A DNA stretch of 64,000 nucleotides from Laetmonice hystrix (lineage: Eukaryota), in contig OZ249437.1 in NCBI GenBank assembly GCA_965235115.1, positions 3,286,001 to 3,350,000 on the forward strand, read 5' to 3'. Numbering within the stretch: the stretch's first letter is position 1; every line of letters starts with the position of its first letter. Under the pieces are notes generated by a model. That model did no database searches, was not told where the DNA came from, and worked only from the letters and a program-made list of their open reading frames with translations. A program made the position numbers and the translations under genes. Positions 11,428-24,688 of this stretch are shown here, one piece after another.

Positions 11428-12864
11428 CTATTTGTGGGGTCCCTTCCTCTGAAAATCCTGAGACCTGGGCGGGGCCCCCGCAGCTGCTGAAGCCTGTGGT
11501 CTTGGCCGAGCTCCATCACTATTCCTGTACCCCTTGAATGGTAGCCCTCTACGTCCGTGCCTATAATTGTCATATGGAGTGTAACCCAACTGGGGACGAT
11601 AACCTCCATATCCATACGGATAATGGTATGGCGTCATCCTGTACGGTGGCATTCCTGTTCTGCCTTTCTTCCCTCTCATCTGGAATTGCTTGCCAACCTT
11701 TTGTCGTTGTCCCTTCATAATCTTTTCTGACAGATTTTGAGTTGTTTCACATTGCTTTGCTGACTCCGACACATTTCCCCCAAACAGCCAGCTAGGGGAA
11801 CCACCTTTAATTTTAGGTAGAGACTTTGCATAAATGCTTTGCATCCCTGATTTGATGCTGTCCTTCCTTTTAGCTTTAATTCCATTACTCACTAGAGCCA
11901 TTGCTTTCATTGAATCCAAAGCATTCCCTGCCAGTTTGTCCAGTTCAGAATCGGACTGCCCCCTGGCCAACATCAATGACGCTATAGGTGCAAAAGCGGC
12001 GATTGACGCCACTACCCCTTTTTGCAGCTGTTTTAAACCTGCATCAACGATCTTTGTCGCCGCATCCATTCCGGCAAACACTTCCTCATCCACCCGTGGC
12101 ACTACCAAGTGAGGGACATTTCCAGGTGGGGGATATTCCTCCATGATGCGGTCGATTTCCGAGGAAATAGGCGCCGGGTCTTCGAAAAAACATTCAATCT
12201 GTTCCGCCAAACTGGCATGAATATCTTCTCCTTTCCTATCTGCCTCCGTCCATTTATCCTTATTTTGCTTTAAAAGTCTCACCAACTTCCCCTCCGCCAC
12301 CGTAACTGGATCATGAGGCTGAACACTAGCAGCCTGAGTTGCCCCCTGAACATCTGTAGACGAATCCTGTCTCACCAACGTAGGCGGTTGTCCACCCTCC
12401 TCGTCCTCAGATATGTCAGAGTACCCCGTACTCGGGGGTCGGCTACTCGATCTGGAGTCTATTGTACTCCAATCCTCCCATTCGGGGAAATACCCCGCCA
12501 TATGTGGTTGAGGGGCAAATGGATAACCATATGGCATGTATGGCGGAAACATGGGAGGTAACGTGCAGTGTTGTCCCATAACGTCAGCGCGTTGGGTAGG
12601 TCTAGGTGCCGTCTCAACCTTCCTGGTCATCGGTGCCTGGTCAACACGCTGCACCGTCACGGGTAACTGGTCACCCTGCTGTACCGAAAGCTCATACCGT
12701 TGCGAATCGACACCTTCCATATCCACTGCCTGTGGTGTGGACACGGTCTCTTCCACTGCAGTACACGCAGTCTTTTTTGTTTTTGGCTTATTTGCGGCTT
12801 TTATTTCACTTTTCGATAGGGCTTCTGCAGTTCCCCTCGTTTTTCGTGTCTCTTTATCCGACAT
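11428..12864 (-). CDS. DIRS ORF1 gag-like protein, 478 aa
   Basis: ATG-initiated open frame upstream of the RT ORF; YPPPGNVPHLVVPRVDEEVF...KIVDAGLKQLQ resembles DIRS ORF1 cores; basic Y/G/R-rich C-terminus; no CCHC knuckle. Confidence 0.88.
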   Translation of the reverse strand: MSDKETRKTRGTAEALSKSEIKAANKPKTKKTACTAVEETVSTPQAVDMEGVDSQRYELSVQQGDQLPVTVQRVDQAPMTRKVETAPRPTQRADVMGQHCTLPPMFPPYMPYGYPFAPQPHMAGYFPEWEDWSTIDSRSSSRPPSTGYSDISEDEEGGQPPTLVRQDSSTDVQGATQAASVQPHDPVTVAEGKLVRLLKQNKDKWTEADRKGEDIHASLAEQIECFFEDPAPISSEIDRIMEEYPPPGNVPHLVVPRVDEEVFAGMDAATKIVDAGLKQLQKGVVASIAAFAPIASLMLARGQSDSELDKLAGNALDSMKAMALVSNGIKAKRKDSIKSGMQSIYAKSLPKIKGGSPSWLFGGNVSESAKQCETTQNLSEKIMKGQRQKVGKQFQMRGKKGRTGMPPYRMTPYHYPYGYGGYRPQLGYTPYDNYRHGRRGLPFKGYRNSDGARPRPQASAAAGAPPRSQDFQRKGPHK

Positions 12865-13287
12865 AACCAGTCTGAAAAAGTCAGATAAAATAAATTCAAT
12901 AATAAGCCTCTGGTAACTACAGCACCAGCGCTCTATATCAGCTCACAGGCTCCCCCGCAGGACCAGCCCGGCTACTAGTATAACATGGTCTAAATGTAGT
13001 ACCACTAAAATCTTAGACTGTCCCGCGGTCCAGTCTAGCTGCCCCGTCAATTATGGTGCTCTACATTGGTTGTCCCGCAGTTCAACCAAAGGCAGCTAAA
13101 TTATCTTTAATCTACAATAAAAAAGGCTAAACCTCCTACAATGTAGATGGTTTGCCTGTAGAGCACCCGTTTTTATTTTTTAAAACCAAAAATGAAGAAC
13201 TCACCTGTAAAAACACACGTAATCCAAATCACAAACCGCGCGAGCTGGTGTCCAGACGTGTGGTCACTTCAAACGCTACACTCAAAA

Positions 13288-13364
13288 CTGACGTGTCGAG
13301 CTACCGGCGCTCACCTTCTCATCTATTTCCGGAAACACGTAGTGTTGTCCTCGGGAAAATCCTA
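13288..13364 (-). repeat. DIRS 5' ITR
   Basis: Inverted match to 8147..8223 with clustered mismatches. Confidence 0.93.
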
Positions 13365-13419
13365 TGTTAACATTCCACGAAGTTGGGGGTATGGCTGATG
13401 GTAAGGGGCAGGGATAGGG

Positions 13420-13970
13420 AAAGGGATAAATTTTACGGGAGGTCTGTGGACTAGGGGTAGAGGGTAGAGTTAGGTTTTGGGGAAGGAAGAGATACATTTT
13501 ACGGGAGGTCTATAGATTGGGGTAGGGGGTAGAGTTAGGTTTTGGAGAAGGAAGAGAACAATTTTACGGAAGGTCTGTGGACTAGGGGTAGAGGGTAGAG
13601 TTAGGTTTTGGAGAAGGAAGAGAACAATTTTACGGGAGGTCTGTAGACTAGGGGTAGAGGGTAGAGTTAGGTTTTGGAGAAGGAAGAGAACAATTTTACG
13701 GGAGGTCTGTAGACTAGGGGTCGAGGGTAGAGTTAGGTTTTGGGGAAGGAAGAGAACAATTTTACGGGAGGTCTGTAGACTAGGGGTCGAGGGTAGACAC
13801 AATTTTACTTGAGGTCTGTAGACTAGGGGTAGGCCTAAGGGGGTAGAGAATTTTACGGGAGGTCTGTAGACTAGGGGTAGGGGGTAAAGACAATTTTACG
13901 GGAGGTCTGTAGATTAGGGGTAGGCCTAAGGGGGTAGCGAATTTTACGGGAGGTCTGTAGACTAGGGGTA
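13420..13970. repeat. G-rich minisatellite, about 45-66-bp unit
   Basis: Repeated caattttacgggaggtctgtagactaggggtag(agggtagagttaggttttggagaaggaagagaa). Confidence 0.92.
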
Positions 13971-13980
13971 GTCACTTATA

Positions 13981-14105
13981 TTGACCCCTGATTCATTGAC
14001 TCCTGATTCATTGATCCCTGTTTCATTGATCCTTGTTCCATTGACTCCTGTTTCTTTGATCCCTGTTCCATTGACTCATGTTTCATTGATCCCTGTTCCA
14101 TTGAC
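13981..14105. repeat. Degenerate 15-bp tandem repeat
   Basis: ttgatccctgtttca / ttgactcctgattca variants. Confidence 0.85.
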
Positions 14106-16008
14106 AAGGCTATCTTTCAGTTCAGTGCTCATGAACAAATTTGTATCATTTCTGAACTGGGTACAGATTTCTTCAGTGTTAGGAAATATAGACCATTAAT
14201 ATAACATAATGGCATTTATTGTGGGAAGTTGTGCTCCGTGGGGAATAGGACTTTGCTTTGGTTGGGGGGGGGGGGGGGGGAGACGGGGGGGGGGGGGGGG
14301 GGGCTCCGCCACCTAGTGCTACGGAAAGGAACTCGAACTAGGATCAATCAGCGACCAGTTGACCCACTTAGACGGCAGGCAGCGCCATCTATCGCTATAT
14401 TTAACAAACGATCCAGGTCCCGTCCACACACCCGACAATAAGCCTATATAATAAATTGTCTTACGTCAAGATCCAGACGTGCATTTTGTCGTTCGAAGTA
14501 AGGGAGAAAAAATCGATTGAATCTTTTAGCGATATGGGGTATTTATATAAAACATGTTTTCACTGAGGCCGATTGCAAACATACGTAATGAATTGAACCC
14601 ACCTCTCTCTGGAGTTTTTCTAACAAAGCAATCGAATCTCAGGAACGTCAGAGTCAACTTACCTGCAACAAAAATCACAAAAAACATGTTGAAAAACTTT
14701 TCAGATGGACCAAGTCCGGAGGGCATACAGGTGTAACGATGTAAAGTTCCCCTCATTCAAGTCCCCCCCCCCCCAGGAACTTGAAAACGTTTTCAAATAC
14801 CCCCCCCCCCTCCCTCCAACCTAAATTTCGTGTTCAATGTTACAGCTGGGGAGTAAGTATATACCTGCTGGGGTTTAACATTGATTTCACAATATTTCAG
14901 AAATCCACTTCGAGTTGACATTTATTTCCCACCAATTAAACCTCCACATGTGACTGGTGATTCGTTGCCATTATACACGTACTTGATGAATATAACAGCC
15001 CTCAAGACCCGTTTAAATTCACGGTGTAATTATAACAAGTCACTATTCCTAATATATTAAGGAGATTTGCTAGTAAAACCAACGGGACTGTCCACGATTT
15101 ACTGCCGAATCCTGACTCCGAATCCTGGCCCAGGCATGGCCGTAGTTCACTTCCCGACCAACAGGAGAGCTTTGTGTGCACCGCAGCGCCCCCTCGCGTT
15201 ATAGACACGATTCCTTCACTGGCCGCAAGGTGTCACTCGCATAGCACCAGAACCTGGTCGGAGCTTTGATGCTCTTCGTGTTCTTAACAGTTATTTAAAG
15301 ATATTTGGGAAAGTTGTCACTGTTCAATCGTTTGAAAGATTTTATCCCTGCAACATTGAGACGGTAGATCAAAGCTGAGATGTATTACCACACCTGACTG
15401 CATTGAGTACCCGCTTATTTAGCTTTGCTATGATGGCACAAAGCTATCCCATGAAATATTGAGAGGGCAGGATCAGAGCTGAGAGGCGATACCTTGAGCA
15501 GTCCCGGGGGCGGGGGGACTTTTTTGAAATATGTAACCTTTATTGGAGCCACACAAAGGGTGCTGATGCGGTCGCAGACTTTGTAACACCCACCCCCCCC
15601 CCCTCCCCCCCCCCCCCCCCCACGCAGGCCACTTGGCAGGATAGGTCCTGTCCTGGTCTGTCCTGGGCAACTTTTTTGACATTTTGATTTAATATCAACA
15701 GGCGTTTTGCTATGAGCTATGAAGACAAAACAACAACAATGTACTTGGCGATGTGAACTATCAAGTCTCCATGAGAAACTGGAGCTAAATAATTACGAAC
15801 TGAGGTCGTAGCGGATCTTATGGAAAGTTGTTTTTCTCTGGGACAGCGTCCAGGAGACTGTGACAAGCGTTTCCATGTTACAGTCATGGTATTCTACAAT
15901 ATTAACTCCGCTAGAATTTGTGCGACAATTGAGAAGACGATACAGCATACATCTAGCTTGTTGACCAAGAATAACTCCTCGTACCCTTAATATCGCCACT
16001 TGATATAG

Positions 16009-16692
16009 ATTGTTCAATGTATCCTGAACGTCCTGAACGTAGGGAGGGTGAACCGATTGTTCACTGTATCCTGAACGTAGGGAGGCTGAACCGATTGTTC
16101 AATGTATCCTAAACATAGGAAGTCTGAATGTATCCTGAACGTAGGGAGGCTGAACGATTGTTCAATGTATCCTGAACGTAGGAAGGCTGAACCTGTTCAA
16201 TGTATCCTGAACGTAGGAAGGCTGAGCCTGTTCAATGTATCCTGAACGTAGGGAGGCTGAACCTGTTCAATGTATCCTGAACGTAGGGAGGCTGAACCTG
16301 TTCAATGTATCCTGAACGTAGGAAGGCTGAACCTGTTCAATGTATCCTGAACGTAGGGAGGCTGAACCGATTGTTCAATGTATCCTGAACGTAGGGAGGC
16401 TGAACCTGTTCAATGTATCCTGAACGTAGGAAGGCTGAACCTGTTCAATGTATCCTGAACGTAGGAAGGCTGAACCTGTTCAATGTATCCTGAACGTAGG
16501 GAGGCTGAACCTGTTCAATGTATCCTGAACGTAGGGAGGCTGAACCTGTTTAATGTATCCTGAACGTAGAAAGGCTGAACCGATTGTTCAATGTATCCTG
16601 AACGTAGGGAGGCTGAACGATTGTCCAATGTATCCTGAACGTAGGAAGGCTGAACCTGTTCAATGTATCCTGAACGTAGGAAGGCTGAACCT
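16009..16692. repeat. Minisatellite, 35/39-bp unit, about 19 copies
   Basis: Unit ctgttcaatgtatcctgaacgtagggaggctgaac. Confidence 0.96.
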
Positions 16693-17877
16693 GAAAAAGT
16701 CTAAAAATGAATTAACCCGAGAGAGTAAAGATCCATAGATAAGAAGTATTTAAGGTAGGATTTAGGATTTTTGAGCGCTGAGCATCTTTTATTGGCTGAT
16801 TATTTTCCCAGTTAATCAAACCTGATGGACAATTCTTAATGCAGGCCAATCTTTTAGACTTGAATTCACCCTTCTGGGACAAAACCTCCCCAAAACAACC
16901 TTTAGGTTTTTTAAAAGTGCAACTTTTTCATGTCATGTCCAAATTCCCCTTATTTTCACCTCTTAGTCTCCCTACTTACCCTGAATGTATTACTTACCCT
17001 GAATGTATAATAATCACAGCTCTGCTAATTCATAGAGGTCCACTGTTAAAAAATATTATATACTTGGACTCAGCTGATTTCTGACTGTCTAATCTCGATG
17101 GGAATCCGCATACAAAAGATTTTTGTACGCATACATTACATCAAAACATAAGGGGGGGGGGGCGCTTTACCAAACCACTTTGTATATTGATGCTGGGATA
17201 AATGCAAGGGAAAGAAAATAGATTTCCATAGGGGCCATGCACCATGCTGTGTTCCCGAAACGCTGTCAATCCCATCACACGCTACAGCTGGTGTTGACGG
17301 GAAGCTTCCTGACACGTGACACCTTCTCGGAAATATGTCAAATAAAACCTCACGTCAATTTCTAGTTGGTCTTAAGTAGAGCACACACACATTTTGTATG
17401 ATTATCTAGCATAAGTTCCTCAACCACAGCCCACGGCTATGATGCCCATGGCTATGGCTATGGCTACTCGGATTATAACAAGGCAACCAAAGATATTCAG
17501 AGCGGATATCTCCGGGGAGACAGACCGAAAGACGATCAAAAAATGTTGCGCAATATTGCGATCCAAATCTGATGCCAAAAGTCTGGACTGATTGTTCGCA
17601 TCAAACGGTCGTCATAAGGTATCCCTGACCAACGACCTTTTTCCACGGCCAAATTGTGCGCTGACGTCCTCAAACGAGTAAAGACGACGCGCTGGTACTC
17701 TGGCACGTCACACATGTTTCCAGTGTAAATTTAATGAGTTTCCTACAATATACGTCACTTTGTTCCTCTTAAAACGCCTTCCCTGCCCAGCAGGACCGTA
17801 ATTTGACATTCGCTGCACCTTAAAAAGTTTAAGGCAACGTATCAAAATGTTTAGCCCACTATAGAGGACCTACTTAA

Positions 17878-18053
17878 AGGAAATATGTCACGGGGGTATC
17901 GACCGAAATCTTCAGTTTTCTGCTTACCTGCTCACCACTGACGTACTTTATGGCACTGATTGTTTTTCATATTGGGGCATATCGGAGAACCGCAATGCAG
18001 ACATATTTTTGCTGAAACACGACGTATTATTTGAAATTCGTGACATATTACCT
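17878..18053. mobile_element. Kolobok-type MITE
   Basis: TIRs aggaaatatgtcacg / cgtgacatattacct flanked by TTAA on both sides. Confidence 0.75.
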
Positions 18054-18354
18054 TTAAATATTCATGATCAACCGCCATCTGGGCGATCCAATTAAATATG
18101 CAAGACCTTGACCTCTAAAGGCTAAGCTCACAATCAGGAGGCAAAGTCAAAGGGCAAAGGAGCAAGCAAAACTTGATATATGACATCGGGACTGATACGA
18201 TTGGATTTGTACAGTGATTTCAGTGATCGCAATAGCCAATGTCATATAATGAGGCTGTCCGATTGACTGCTTGGCGAAGGACACCGTAGTGTGGACGTAT
18301 GCATGACGTCATGCCTGCCTGATTATGATATCTGGAGCGGCTTTCATGATTACC

Positions 18355-20010
18355 GTGATATCAACCACTGGTATAATCGTAACTTTAATTACTATGACCT
18401 TGTAGGTTCTCCCACTGTATCCATGTCTGGTTACGACGAGATATGAACCACTGGTATAATCGTAACTTTAATTACTATGACCTTGTAGGTTCTCCCACTG
18501 TACCAATGTCTGGTTACGACGAGATATCAACCACTGGTATAATCGTAACTTTAATTACTATGACCTTGACCGTTCTCCCACTGCACCAATGTCTGGTTAC
18601 GACGAGATATCAACCACTGGTATAATCGTAACTTTAATTACTATGACCTTGTAGATTCTCCCACTGTACCCATGTCTGGTTACGACGAGATATCAACCAC
18701 TGGTATAATCGTAACTTTAATTACTATGACCTTGTAGATTCTCCCACTGTACCCATGTCTGGTTACGACGAGATATCAACCACTGGTATAATCGTAACTT
18801 TAATTACTATGACCTTGTAGATTCTCCCACTGTACCCATGTCTGGTTACGACGAGATATCAACCACTGGTATAATCGTAACTTTAATTACTATGACCTTG
18901 TAGGTTCTCCCACTGTACCAATGTCTGGTTACGACGAGATATCAACCACTGGTATAATCGTAACTTTAATTACTATGACCTTGTAGATTCTCCCACTGTA
19001 CCCATGTCTGGTTACGACGAGATATCAACCACTGGTATAATCGTAACTTTAATTACTATGACCTTGTAGGTTCTCCCACTGTATCCATGTCTGGTTACGA
19101 CGAGATATGAACCACTGGTATAATCGTAACTTTAATTACTATGACCTTGTAGGTTCTCCCACTGTACCTATGTCTGGTTACGACGAGATATCAACCACTG
19201 GTATAATCGTAACTTTAATTACTATGACCTTGAACGTTCTCCCACTGTACCAGTGTCTGGTTACGACGAGATATCAACCACTGGTATAATCGTAACTTTA
19301 ATTACTATGACCTTGAACGTTCTCCCACTGTACCAGTGTCTGGTTACGACGAGATATCAACCACTGGTATAATCGTAACTTTAATTACTATGACATTGTA
19401 GGTTCTCCCACTGTACCCATGTCTGGTTACGACGAGATATCAACCACTGGTATAATCGTAACTTTAATTACTATGACCTTGTAGGTTCTCCCACTGTACC
19501 TATGTCTGGTAACGACGAGATATCAACCACTGGTATAATCGTAACTTTAATTACTATGACCTTGAACGTTCTCCCACTGTACCAATGTCTGGTTACGACG
19601 AGATATCAACCACTGGTATAATCGTAACTTTAATTACTATGACCTTGTAGGTTCTCCCACTGTACCTATGTCTGGTTACGACGAGATATCAACCACTGGT
19701 ATAATCGTAACTTTAATTACTATGACCTTGAACGTTCTCCCACTGTACCAATGTCTGGTTACGACGAGATATCAACCACTGGTATAATCGTAACTTTAAT
19801 TACTATGACCTTGTAGGTTCTCCCACTGTACCAATGTCTGGTTACGACGAGATATCAACCACTGGTATAATCGTAACTTTAATTACTATGACCTTGTAGG
19901 TTCTCCCACTGTACCCATGTCTGGTTACGACGAGATATGACCTACTGGTATAATCGTAATTTTAATTATGACCTTGTAGATTCTCCCACTGTACCCATGT
20001 CTGGTTACGA
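18355..20010. repeat. Minisatellite, 83-bp unit, about 20 copies
   Basis: Unit gatatcaaccactggtataatcgtaactttaattactatgaccttgtaggttctcccactgtacccatgtctggttacgacga. Confidence 0.97.
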
Positions 20011-21516
20011 ATAAGTGTTTTCCTAACAACCCTGGTTTGACCACCACGACATCATTTCTCGGCCAATAATTATCCGTGTTTCCATAACCCTATGGCTATG
20101 GATCTACACATCGAAATACAGACTTTGGCGCACTGTTAACGGAAGAACGCGACTCAGTATCCCACAGGTGCATTAGCAGAGAGGTCAAGAAGATCAATGA
20201 CTGGACAGTCGTTTGTGATTGGTCAGGTGGCGTGTCATGACAATTCGCCAAGCTGACAAGCCATTTGACGCTGCGTCTCGGCCGCGGGTCGGGGACACAC
20301 AGACACATCGTCGCGTCATCTCAAGGTTGCGGCTGACAACCACGGCCATTAATTCTGGGATTTCGTCAACAGATGTCGCCACGTTCAAGGTCTCGGGGTT
20401 ATCGTTTCCATGACAATATAAGCCTACATGCGAATGTCAGCTTTACGTCTGGCAGATTGCCTGTCACTGCTGTCTCCAATTGTAGCTTTTAGTCAGAACA
20501 ACGTCAGGAGATCTGACGCACCTATGATTGCGGGTTTTAAATATTGAAGGTGCGGCCGGGCAATTCAATATTCATCGCGCTCTGGGTCCCAGATTACCTT
20601 GAGTTTATTACCTATGGATGAAGTGCATTGCGTGATTGGGATGAGGTGGGTGCAAGTGGTTGATATCGTATGACAGGGTTAGTCTATACCCTGGGTAGGC
20701 CTATCTGTACTCATAGATATCTCATGATATCACAGACACACAACACCACAGACACACAGCTCTCGTCTGACGAACACGGCAGGGAGAGGAGGCAGAGGTT
20801 GGAGGGAGTTCAGGAGTGGAGGTCAAACGAGGACACAACCCACCTCCTCATCCCCATCCTTCCCCATGAACTGATGCATCAACTACCAACGTCAGCCTTC
20901 ATCTTTATCTAATAACGGGTTGCAATCAGTAAACCCAACATGACAATCAGTGAACAAATTCTCCATCTGACTGCCGGACTAAACAACGACCGTTTTCATT
21001 GAAGTAGAAATCTATTTCCCACTCCAGTTTTGGCCGTGGTTCCATTGCAACATGTGTACAGTACGCAGGCAAACATAACAATGGCGCATGCATGCATGCT
21101 ATCCCCGAATTAATGTTGTCTATGACTTAGACTTTCGGTGGGAGCTTGCCTCTGAACCTTGCAAGAAATTGCAACTCGCCTCGCTCGACGCCTCCTTTGA
21201 TTTTACGGTTTGGCTCGCTTGCCATATAACTGTAGATGTGCGAAATAATGCCCCCCAGGCACGCCATATCGCCCTTGTTTCATAAGTCAGGACATTATGA
21301 AAGATACAAATTAGGTCAAGCAGACCTATAGTATTTTTAGCATTCTTTCGATTGCTGATTCACGGACGCTTTGTTTAATTAACGCGCCATGCGGCGTGGC
21401 AGCTGCCGGAAGAGTAACGCCAGCTGCGATAGCCAGGGCTGTGTCTTCACTTTCTATTTAGACTTTATTGTGGTCACTGTAGGGCCTAATATATATTAAT
21501 GTCTGATCGGATTACC

Positions 21517-22180
21517 CCCGCTAGCCCCCCGCCCGCTAGCCCCCCGTTTAGATAGGGCCGAAGGTGTGAGAAATCTGTGCCGGTAGCCCCCCGCTCGGCT
21601 GTTCTACTCCCTGACACTACCCCCCCCCCCCACCACTGAGGCGTGGACGGAGTTGGTTGGGGGGGGGGGGGGTCAACGGCGGGACTTGGCGGTTCATATG
21701 CTGCCGATGCAGGCAGGTCAGCCAGCCCCCAAAAGAAAGAAAAAGTATTGACTCCCGATTGCACCAGTTAGGCTTAGACTATGATATGCCACAGAATGAT
21801 GGAGTCCTAAATGAAGGCGGTTGGCCATATATGATGGACAATACTACTGGTACTAAGTAAGGCAGTGGTTGAGTGTATAACTGTGATTCTAACTAACACC
21901 ATAATACAGATTCAGTCCCGTAACACCCGTAATCAGTCATATATATATCTAGTAACACCCCCTAATTATTTGTCGCTTGCCTTTTAGTTATCCCTTAACA
22001 AAGAACTATACATTACAATGCAAGTTCTTTGCCCTTACCATCCCTGACCGCTGACCACCCCAAATCTCATAAGGGGGTAGTGCCTGATAGTGGAACAGCC
22101 GAGCGGGGGGCTAGCGGCACAGATTTCTCACACCTTCGGCCCTGTCTAAACGGGGGGCTAGCGGGCGGGGGGCTAGCGGG
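21517..22180. mobile_element. MITE with about 110-bp GC-rich TIRs
   Basis: cccgctagccccccgcccgctagccccccgtttagatagggccgaaggtgtgagaaatctgtgcc... is inverted at about 22070..22180; superfamily not determined. Confidence 0.8.
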
Positions 22181-22389
22181 ATGATACCCACTCCAAATGG
22201 TCTCTGAAAAACTTTACAATGAATTCTTCCCCCAATACAATTGTGCATCCTACTTGGGCGGTTACCACACAATCTCACCTAAACTGGCAGTGCCATCACT
22301 GAGGACATTCGTCATATGTTATCTCAAAGGCAGTTCCTCAACACAAGGCAATATATCATAAAAACGGCAGGTCCTTGTCACAAGGCCGG

Positions 22390-22975
22390 CAATCCATCAC
22401 AATACCCCAGTAATACAGCGGTTCAATCCATCACAATAGCCCAGTAATACAGCGGTTCAATTCATCACAATACCCCAGTAATACAGCGGTTCAATCCACC
22501 ACAATACCCCAGTAATACAGCGGTTCAATCCATCACAATACCCCAGTAATACAGCAGTTCAATCCATCACAATACCCCAGTAATACAGCGGTTCAATCCA
22601 TCACAATACCCCAGTAATACAGCGGTTCAATCCATCACAATACCCCAGTAATACAGCGGTTCAATCCATCACAATACCCCAGTAATACAGCGGTTCAATC
22701 CATCACAATACCCCAGTAATACAGCGGTTCAATCCATCACAATACCCCAGTAATACAGCGGTTCAATCCATCACAATATCCCAGTAATACAGCGGTTCAA
22801 TCCATCACAATACCCCAGTAATACAGCGGTTCAATCCATCACAATACCCCAGTAATAGACTAATACAGCGGTTCAATCCATCACAATACCCCAGTAATAC
22901 AGCGGTTCAATCCATCACAATACCCCAGTAAAACAGCGGTTCAATCCATCACAATACCCCAGTAATACAGCGGTT
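22390..22975. repeat. Minisatellite, 34-bp unit, about 17 copies
   Basis: Unit caatccatcacaataccccagtaatacagcggtt. Confidence 0.97.
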
Positions 22976-24688
22976 CTCTACCAAAATCGAGCAATTCCTT
23001 TAAAAAAATCAATTTCTTTTCTGGAGCGATGTCGTAGCTGAATGTCGCCTTCAACGGCGACTTTTGTATTGTGCAAACTTACTCTCATGTTTGTTTGGTC
23101 ATACGATATTTAGTCGCTTCGATTGACTATCTAGTGATAATAGAAGATTTGTTTGTGTAACTGGAGGTCATATGGCGGCCATACTGATTATGCAATTACC
23201 AATCGGCTATCTTGAAATTTTATCTAGATCCAACAACACTCTCGAGATCTGAATTGTTTACTAATAGACCGTACCTTAATAATGACATTAACGTAAATGA
23301 AAGAAGGCGCGGGTTCGGGGGGGGGGGGGGTAAGTGAAACCCTTGAAGAAAACCATGACGTTGATCCCCTATGTACCTATCAGTTTACCTCGAGGGTGAG
23401 TCACTGACAGCAGGCAAGGAGGTTCCGGCTGCGCTACATTGGTGGCGTGTACCCATAGCGTTTCTGTGTGCTTCACAAGACTATAGAGGTATTCAGAACA
23501 AATTGCTCCCTGGCCCGCTCATCATACACCTTCCTGTCTCTCCTTTGTCCACTATTATCGTCTAGAACAATCTACTTGTCCCTGCCTACAATGTCCTTTC
23601 TTGCACCGTACCTCCTTTGTCCCCTCTTTGTCCTCTTAATAAGTTACCAAGACTGAGCTCCGGTAGTTCAAGGATTGTTTGCTCAAAGCAAGCAGTGGAC
23701 CTCCTTTGCCTGGCGGGATCATAGCCCAGCCGTGGTTCACCCTGTGCATCATCCACGGAGAGGTTCACACTCCTGACAGTCGCAATATTATCTCCCTTCC
23801 AGCTCACAGCTAGGATATAAAATTAAAATATTCATTATTTTCCCAATCACACTCAAACGGATATTAAAAGGCCCTTCAGTCACGGCTGAGGGTCGCTTTG
23901 ACATGGAAACATTGCCGTACAACCTAGTCGCTATGTATGTAGAGAACGCTCCCCATGTTCGTTGTCGGCAAAGGTGAATATTTCCTGTGGATGGAGACTA
24001 CAATACGATCCCCAGGACATACCGACCTGAATTCCCCTCCCCCAACCAACCACAGGGACGATCTCAAAATCGGGCTTCCACTTAGGCCTCACGGCACAAA
24101 ATTTCGAGAAAATATTCACTAAACTGGCTCAAGTCATCAAATGGCAGTGGCACGTTAAAAGATGCCAACCTTAACCCTCATTATCGCTAATTTGTCACTG
24201 TCATGTACGGATTTGTCCACTGAGTTTATCGTTTCCGCATATATTATAGTGTTCCTTTCTGTCTTATTGTCCCTTTCCGCTATGTTGTTGAGGTCTCAGA
24301 TTATCAAATAGATTTATGTTGTGCTGAGGTCTTACATGACAAAATAAATACAAATATAATTTCATATTATTAGTAGGCAAATTAAATGCTTGAAGAGCTT
24401 ATCAGAAATCTGCTTGTACTGCGACAACTGCATTCTAACAACAGCAATCTCCAACCACCTTACTTATTGACTGGACACACAGGAGACAAGACATGGAGAT
24501 ATTGGTCTTCAGCGACCAACGTATCTCCTTAAGGCACCAACCGATAGGTCCTCTGGCCCAATACATTGGTCTTCAGCAAACCAAATCAATATCTCATATA
24601 CATACCCATAGATTTTCTCGCCATCACCCAGGCCCCCACCACCTTGCTAGCCGCCCGGCCCCTAGTGAGACCAACACACTATAATACT

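Larger units (their letters stand above)
8101..13360 (-). mobile_element. Full-length DIRS1-like tyrosine-recombinase retrotransposon
   Basis: Three uninterrupted ORFs (gag-like, RT/RNaseH/MT, YR); imperfect ITRs 8147..8223 and 13288..13364; 3' ITR extension 8101..8146; ICR 8356..8489 complementary to both ends. Confidence 0.97.

Noticed and set aside
8792-12916. Plus-strand ORFs inside the DIRS element
   Set aside because: Short antisense shadows of the real ORFs with no recognisable motifs.
15184-15199. CTCF-like motif (minus strand cgcgagggggcgctgc)
   Set aside because: A single motif match with no independent support.
14262-15620. Long G and C homopolymer runs
   Set aside because: Frequent throughout the window, often inside MITEs, and prone to sequencing error; no specific function can be supported.
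23586-24119. Minus-strand coding-like segments with donor sites
   Set aside because: Could not be chained into a consistent gene or assigned to a family.
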